A stretch of 42,600 nucleotides of DNA from Octopus sinensis (lineage: Eukaryota). Below the pieces are notes generated by a model. The model was given only the letters and a program-made list of their open reading frames with translations, did not search any database and was not told where the DNA came from. Below are positions 36,410-42,600 of this stretch, one piece after another (within the stretch, counting starts at the first letter, position 1; each line of letters begins with the position of its first letter). Location of the stretch: positions 1-42,600 of the forward strand of contig NW_021835095.1 in assembly GCF_006345805.1 (NCBI RefSeq), in the 5' to 3' direction. Both the position numbers and the translations under genes were made by a program.

Positions 36410-37610
36410 GTGTAAAGCAAGGTCGTGTCCTCGCTCCTACATTATTTGGCGTTTTCTTTTCGCTCTTGCTCTCACATGCCTTTCAGACATCAGATGATGG
36501 AGTGTTTCTGCACAGTAGAAGTGTCGGGAAACTGTTCGGTCTCTAGCGCCTGCGTGCCAAGACCAAAATCAGAAACGTCCTGATCAAGGAGATGCTATTT
36601 GCTGATGATGCCACTCTGGTATCACACACAGAAGAAGCCCTCCAAAGGCTCATTAACTGTTTTGAGCAAGCATGTAACGACTTAGCTGTCAGCCTTAAGA
36701 AGGCCAACATCATGGGTCAGGCTACATCGGACATCCCAAACATACATATTGGAGACCACAGATTACAGGAGGTGGAGAAGTTTACCTATCTTGGCTCTAC
36801 CGTCACCTACAACCTATCCCTTGACACTGAGCTCAATATACGCATTGGCAAGGCAGCTGCTGTGATGGCCCAACTCTCCAAACGGGCATGGGACAACAAT
36901 AAGCTGACCAAGACCACGAAAATGAAGATCTACCAGGCATGTCTACTTAGCACTCTACTGTATGGAAGTGAGACTTGGACGCTATACACACGCCAGAGCG
37001 TCGCCTAAAACATCTTTCACCTGCGCTGCCTCCGGAAAATCCTCCGCATCAAATGGCAGAATCATATCCCAACAAAGATGTCCTCAAGCGCAGGAATCCC
37101 AAGCATGTTTGCACTCCTCACACAAAGACGTATGAGATGGCTTGGCATGTTAGCCGTATGAAAGATGGCAGAATCTCAAGGACATACTCTACGGAGAGCT
37201 TGCTAGGGCACTAGGTCTGTGGGTAGACCGTTCTTACCTAATAAGGATGTTTGCAAAAGGGACATGAAGGCCTGCAACATCAATATTAGCAGTTGGGAAG
37301 CAATTGCCAGCAACCGTGTAGTGAGATTGGCGACGTACCGTAAAAGAGGGAAAATACAAAGGAGTCGTGACAGAGAGAAGAGGAGAAATGGAAAGACAAG
37401 AAAAGGCGTCAACAAGAAAACTATGACATTACAACCAGCCAGGAACAGTCGTCGCTACATTTGCGGCGGTACCTGCCAGAGGGGAGTGTTTGTCCGGATA
37501 GGACTACACAGCTACAGCAGGAAATGTTATCAGGACATGAAATGTAAAGCCGGACTGGACTATTTTATGCGCAACTCCATTGTCTCCCGAGACAAAAAGG
37601 AGGCCAACAA
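36409..37610 (+). mobile_element. RTE/BovB-clade LINE, 5'-truncated (RT C-terminal half to 3' end)
   Basis: GVKQGRVLAPTLF, RLRAKTK, MLFADDATLV, EKFTYLGS, RIGKAAA, LLYGSETWTLY, C-terminal zinc finger (C..C...RIGLHSYSRKC), and RTE-type tail CCATTGTCTCCCGAGAC...GGAGGCCAAC; frameshifted. Confidence 0.92.
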
Positions 37611-37719
37611 TATATACTAGACTATCCGTGACCCTTTGGGTCATCGGGGAAGTCTTAGTTTCCCAGCAACGGTGTTTTGTTTCGTAGTTTTTTTTCTTTT
37701 CCATGTTATTTCACATGCT

Positions 37720-39322
37720 TTCAACGAATGTGACATTGAAATCACGCGTAAACAGCTCCTTTCCCCAGAAAAGGAAATATTTGGCTGATATTTCTTGCAC
37801 GCCCTGCTACCACTTAAAAAGTATTTCAGGTCCTTAATCGCAAATAGGAGTTACGTGGTAGCAGGCCGTGCTAGAAATAGCAGCCAAATTTTTGGAGGTG
37901 AGATACGTTGAATACACTCGAAAAAAACCTATGGAAACAACTATTGGATCTTTTCTAAAAGAAGGCCAGATTTTTCTAGTTAACTAAATAATTTGAAACT
38001 TCGTATACTGGTAGAATGTTTCAAAAGAAAACATTAATTTCAATTAGTTTTTTGGAGAAAAATGTATTTTCTAACTTTTACGTAGTTTAATTCTTCGAAT
38101 TTTAACCAATCGTATTCTCTGTTTTGACCTCAATTCATTTACTGCCGTGTTATTCATCCTTAGCAGTCTTCTGTTTTCTGTCTTCAAAGGCTTGTTTATT
38201 TCAATGTCATCCCTGACTTACGGACCGATTACCTGTGTGTGTGTGCTTTTGTTGTGTATGTGTGTTTGTGTGTGTGTGTGTGTTTTTTTGTTGTGTATGT
38301 GTGCGCGTGTGTGTGTGTGTCTTTTTGTTGTGTATGTGTGTGTGTTTTTGTTGCGTATGTGTGTGCGTGTGTGTGTTTGTTGTGTGTGTGTGTTATTGTT
38401 GCGTATGTGTGTGCGTTTTTGTTGTGTATGTGTGCGTGTGTTGTAAAGACACACACACACGCACACATACACAACGAAAAAACACACACACACACATACA
38501 CAACAATAACACACACACATACACAACAAACACACACACACACGCACACATACACAACAAACACACACACACACAAACACACACACGCACACACATATAC
38601 AACAAAAACACACACGCACACACATATACAACAAAAACACACACACACAGGTAATCGGTCCGTAAGTCAGGGATGACATTGAAATAAACATGCCTTTGAA
38701 GACAGAAAACAGAAGACTACTAAGGATGAATAACAATGCAGTAAATGAATTGAGGTCAAAACAGAGAATACGATTGGTTAAAATTCGAAGAATTAAACTA
38801 CGTAAAAGTTAGAAAATACATTTTTCTCCAAAAGACTAATTGAAATTAATGTTTTCTTTTGACACATTCTACCAGTATACGAAGTTTCAAATTATTTAGT
38901 TAACTAGAAAAATCTGGCCTTCTTTTAGAAAAGATCCCAACTATTTTACACCGAGTTACGAACGGGTCTTTCACGAAATATTTACCGTATTTTTAAAGTC
39001 ATTTTCACTTTAAAATATTTTGCCCATCATATTCAACGAATGCGACATCGAGATCATGTGTAAACGGCTCCTTTCCCAAGAAAAGGAAAGATTTGGCTGC
39101 TATTTCTTGTACGCCCAGCTACCACAGAACGGGTATTTCGGGTCCTTTATCGCAAATAGCTGCTACGTGGTAGCATGGCGTGCTAGAAATAGCAGCCAAA
39201 TCTTTCCTTGAATGCTCTCGAAAGAAACTTACGGAAAAAAAAACTATTTCACACTGAGGTTACGAATGGGTCTTTTACCAAATATTTAACATATTTTCAC
39301 TTTAAAATATTTTGCCTATCGT
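37720..39322. repeat. Diverged ~300-bp direct tandem duplication; copy 1 interrupted by the foldback element
   Basis: 37720-37945 plus 38946-39030 aligns with 39031-39322 (TTCAACGAATG.GACAT..., GCTAGAAATAGCAGCCAAAT, TTACGAA.GGGTCTTT, CACTTTAAAATATTTTGCC). Confidence 0.85.
37946..38937. mobile_element. 992-bp foldback/MITE with 8-bp TSD (GG...CC termini; Merlin- or Mutator-like)
   Basis: GGATCTTTTCTAAAAGAAGGCC...GGCCTTCTTTTAGAAAAGATCC; ~290-bp near-perfect unique arms, then mirrored (TG)-rich/(CA)-rich arms meeting at about 38445; TSD CAACTATT at 37938-37945 and 38938-38945. Confidence 0.92.
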
Positions 39323-39503
39323 AATGTGTCTAATGGAAAGGTTAGAGTTTCTTCCGTTCATTTTAAAGTTATTTACGGAGTATTTTCCCATTATGCATCG
39401 TTTTGGGTATTTATACTCCAAAGCCCCGAATATCTCAGTAGCTACCGATCTGGTTTACGCGAAACTTGTTTTATTCCGTTCATATTCACATTTCAGGGAA
39501 ACT

Positions 39504-39730
39504 TTACTTTCAAAGGATTTTCCCATAATGCGTAACATTGCAAGCAAGCAAGATTGAACATCACTTATAATGTGTGTGTGTGTATATATATAAATATACA
39601 ATATTTACTTTCAAGCTATATGTGTGTTGTGATATATATAATATAATATTACTTTCAAAGGATTTTCCCATAATGCGTAACATTGCAAGCAAGCAAGATT
39701 GAACATCACTTATAATGTGTGTGTGTATAT
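39504..39730. repeat. ~80-bp exact direct duplication, 145 bp apart
   Basis: TTACTTTCAAAGGATTTTCCCATAATGCGTAAC...CACTTATAATGTGTGTGTGT at 39504 and 39649. Confidence 0.9.
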
Positions 39731-39761
<31 letters not shown>

Positions 39762-39774
39762 ATATATATATATG

Positions 39775-39900
39775 CGACGGGCTTCTTTCAGTTTCCGTCT
39801 ACCAAATCCACTCACTAGGCTTTGGTCAGCCCAAAATGCCACGCAGTAGGACTGAACCCGGAACCTTATGGCTGGGAAGCAAGCTTCTTACCATAAAGCC
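39775..39900 (-). mobile_element. SINE family A head, internally deleted
   Basis: CGACGGGCTTCTTTCAGTTTCCGTCTACC...GACTGAACCCGGAACC...CTTCTTACCA. Confidence 0.8.
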
Positions 39901-40526
39901 ATGAAAAATAGTGAGTTGTCGAGAAACACAGATTTTTTCAAAAGATTTCTTTAAAGTAAACACAACCATATTGTCTTTATGTTGTAATATTCGAGGTTAC
40001 TTTTTCCCTCTTTATATATAAAAACGCTGATATCTCTGACCTCATAAATTCTGGTCGTTTTATATTCAACACCTCGCGACTAGCTACTATTTGTATGTAG
40101 GTTTCACGGGAATCAATCTCTTTAGGTTGACTGAAGAAGCGTGTGATCACAGAAGCATCTTGATGTCCCAGAAGGCAATATTCATGTAGCATTCTTTATA
40201 AGAGTATATTCAGGAATCATTCATTTATTGTGCTTCTTTTACGGAGACATTTGTCATAACCTAATTTCTAATTATTCCCTCACCGTGAATAAATTCCTAA
40301 GTTGACTAATTACAATGCATCTTATGAAGTTCACGTGTGTCTAGTTACCGCGCGCGCACGCACACAGATACACACATACACACATACACACAAACACACG
40401 GGCGCGCAAACACACACACAATAAGCAAATATGGTCTTAGTCTAATGACTGAAATAAGTAAAAGATATAAATACTCTGTGCGTGTGTGCGTGCGTGTGTG
40501 TTGTGTGTGTGTGTGTGTGTGTGTGC

Positions 40527-40592
<66 letters not shown>

Positions 40593-40734
40593 GAAGAGAA
40601 GACTAAGACTGACTGATAAAGCGAATCGAAAAGAATGTAAGAGAAATTAAGAGGAAAAAGGGAAACAGAAAGACAGATAAACTAAAATAAAATCGTTAAG
40701 AGATTGATAGATAAATAAATACAGACTGATACTG

Positions 40735-40743
40735 ATAGATAGC

Positions 40744-40824
<81 letters not shown>

Positions 40825-40960
40825 GGACAGATAGATAGATAGATAGATAGATAGATAGCTAGCTAGCTAGATAGACAGATAGATAGCTAGCTAGCTAGAT
40901 AGATAGATAGACAGATAGATAGCTAGCTAGCTAGCCAGCTAGATAGATAAATAGATGGAC

Positions 40961-41010
<50 letters not shown>

Positions 41011-41048
41011 CTAGCTAGCTAGCTAGCTAGCTAGCTAGATAGATAGAT
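40735..41048. repeat. (GATA)n array with (GCTA)n variant blocks
   Basis: Direct reading. Confidence 0.95.
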
Positions 41049-41995
41049 ATGTTTCTTTATTAGCCAAACAGGCTGCACACAGATAGAACAATTACAAGGT
41101 AGAGCTTTTCTTTTGAAGGTTTAAAAAAAAAAAAAAGGAAGGGGAGTTTCGATCAAAAGGGATCGTAAAAGGAGAGAAAGAGGACAGAAAAAAGGGGGGT
41201 TAAAAAAAAGGGGGAGAGGAAGAAAAAAAAGAGAAAAAAAAAATTGATCAATAGGGATCGTTATCACAGAAATGTCAATATGAAGTGTAAAGGGGAGACA
41301 GGTGAGGTTTACCTGTGAAAGAAAAGCCTACGGAAAAGACCACGGTAACCTCGGTCAATGGAGTCACATGTTATATTTCTTTTTTTTTTTTTTGCAAATA
41401 AGCAACTCTCTGTTTTCAATTTCTGGGTTCATAGGATCATGCTCAAGGTGGCTTCGTCATTCATACGTGCCATTCTTGCTACCATTTCACCCATCTTTTT
41501 TTAAAACATTCGCTAGACAAAACTTGCCTCTCTACTCTCACTTTCCTTTTCAAGTGGTACTTGAAGAAGTTGATGAGAGATTGACCAGAGAGGAAAGTGT
41601 TTGTCTCCAATCCTTTCAGACGCGTCCACCAGATACATTTTTCGTCATAGCCACAAGGATGATGAAAAATAGCTCTTCCTTCCCGTTTGAAGAGGGAGGC
41701 CGTGACAATATTAACGATAGACTCAGCTGAATAAACCGTCTCGTCCACCGTGACAGCAGTTGTTCGACATAAGCCCACAGGTCAGAAATTGTTGGACACT
41801 GCACGAGTGCGTGCAGAACGGTTTCGTCGCTCTGACCGCATCTCGGCAGGTCGGCCCCGTGTTTCTCGAGCCGTGTCTGTAGAGCTTATCCGAACGGGTA
41901 GCGCTTCTCGGTAGCACTGCCAGGCCAGGGATCTCTGGAAGTTGTCCATGGGCCCTGGCCCGAAAGTCGTCCCGAACAGGCGGGTCAGGTACTCC
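41049..41995 (-). mobile_element. Tx1/L1-clade non-LTR retrotransposon, 5'-truncated, in (GATA)n
   Basis: Minus strand zf-RVT-like CRDAV..ETVLHALVQCPTISDLWAYVEQLLS, IWWTR, INFFKYHLKRKVRVER..CFKKRW, then a 3' UTR ending AATAAAGAAACAT|(ATCT)n; (GATA)n on both sides. Confidence 0.8.
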
Positions 41996-42000
41996 TAGAC

Positions 42001-42046
<46 letters not shown>

Positions 42047-42050
42047 CTAA

Positions 42051-42085
<35 letters not shown>

Positions 42086-42112
42086 CATAGATAGATGGAC
42101 AGATAGATAGAT

Positions 42113-42600
42113 ATGTTTCTTTATTAGCCACACAGGGCTGCACACAGATAGAACAAATTACAAGGTAGAGCTTTTCTTTTGAAGGTTTAAAAAAAAAATG
42201 GAAGGGGGAGTTTCGATCAAAAGGGATCGTAAAAGGAGAGAAGAGGACAAAAAAAGGGGTTTAAAAAAAAAGGGGGAGGAAAAAAAAATTGATCAATAGG
42301 GATCGTTATCACAGAAATGTCAATATGGAGTGTAAAGGGGAGGACAGGTGAGGTTTACCCGTGGAAGAAAAAGCCTACGGAAAAGACCACGGTAACCTCG
42401 GTCAATGGAGTCACATGTTATATTTCTTTTTTTTTTTTGGCAATAAGCAACTCTCTGTTTTCAATTTCTGGGTTCATAGGATCATGCTCAAGGTGTTTCG
42501 TCATTCATACGTGCCATTCTTGCTACATTCACCCATCTTTTTTTAAAACATTCGCTAGACAAAACTTGCCTCTCTACTCTCACTTTCCTTTTCAAGTGGT
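42113..42600 (-). mobile_element. Second copy of the same Tx1-like element (3' end; runs off the window)
   Basis: Highly similar to 41049-41558, with an identical junction AGATAGAT|ATGTTTCTTTATTAGCC. Confidence 0.85.

Noticed and set aside
38147-38736. Mirror-image ORFs on opposite strands (MLFILSSLLFSVFKG...)
   Set aside because: They are a by-product of the foldback palindrome and its TG/CA minisatellite.

Overview
This is an AT-rich eukaryotic window with no recognisable host gene. The repeat families suggest an octopus/coleoid cephalopod intron or intergenic region (inference). Almost all ORFs in the track are microsatellite artefacts. The real content is a dense patchwork of decayed transposons: irritans-like mariner pieces, a DD32D Tigger/pogo, a Chapaev3-like element, RTE, Tx1/L1 and R4/Dong non-LTR retrotransposons, a non-autonomous Helitron, about 20 tRNA-derived SINE copies from three families, a 117-bp tandem array and a 992-bp foldback element with an 8-bp TSD. 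The most striking unannotated signal is a set of six type-I hammerhead-ribozyme motifs on both strands (276, 5830, 6345, 17440, 23584, 34182). They sit in short non-coding elements next to (TA)n/(CA)n tracts and several are followed by AATAAA, as expected for Penelope-like or retrozyme remnants. Mobile families also partition by microsatellite: Dong in (TAA)n, Tx1 in (GATA)n, hammerhead elements and Helitron in (TA)n.
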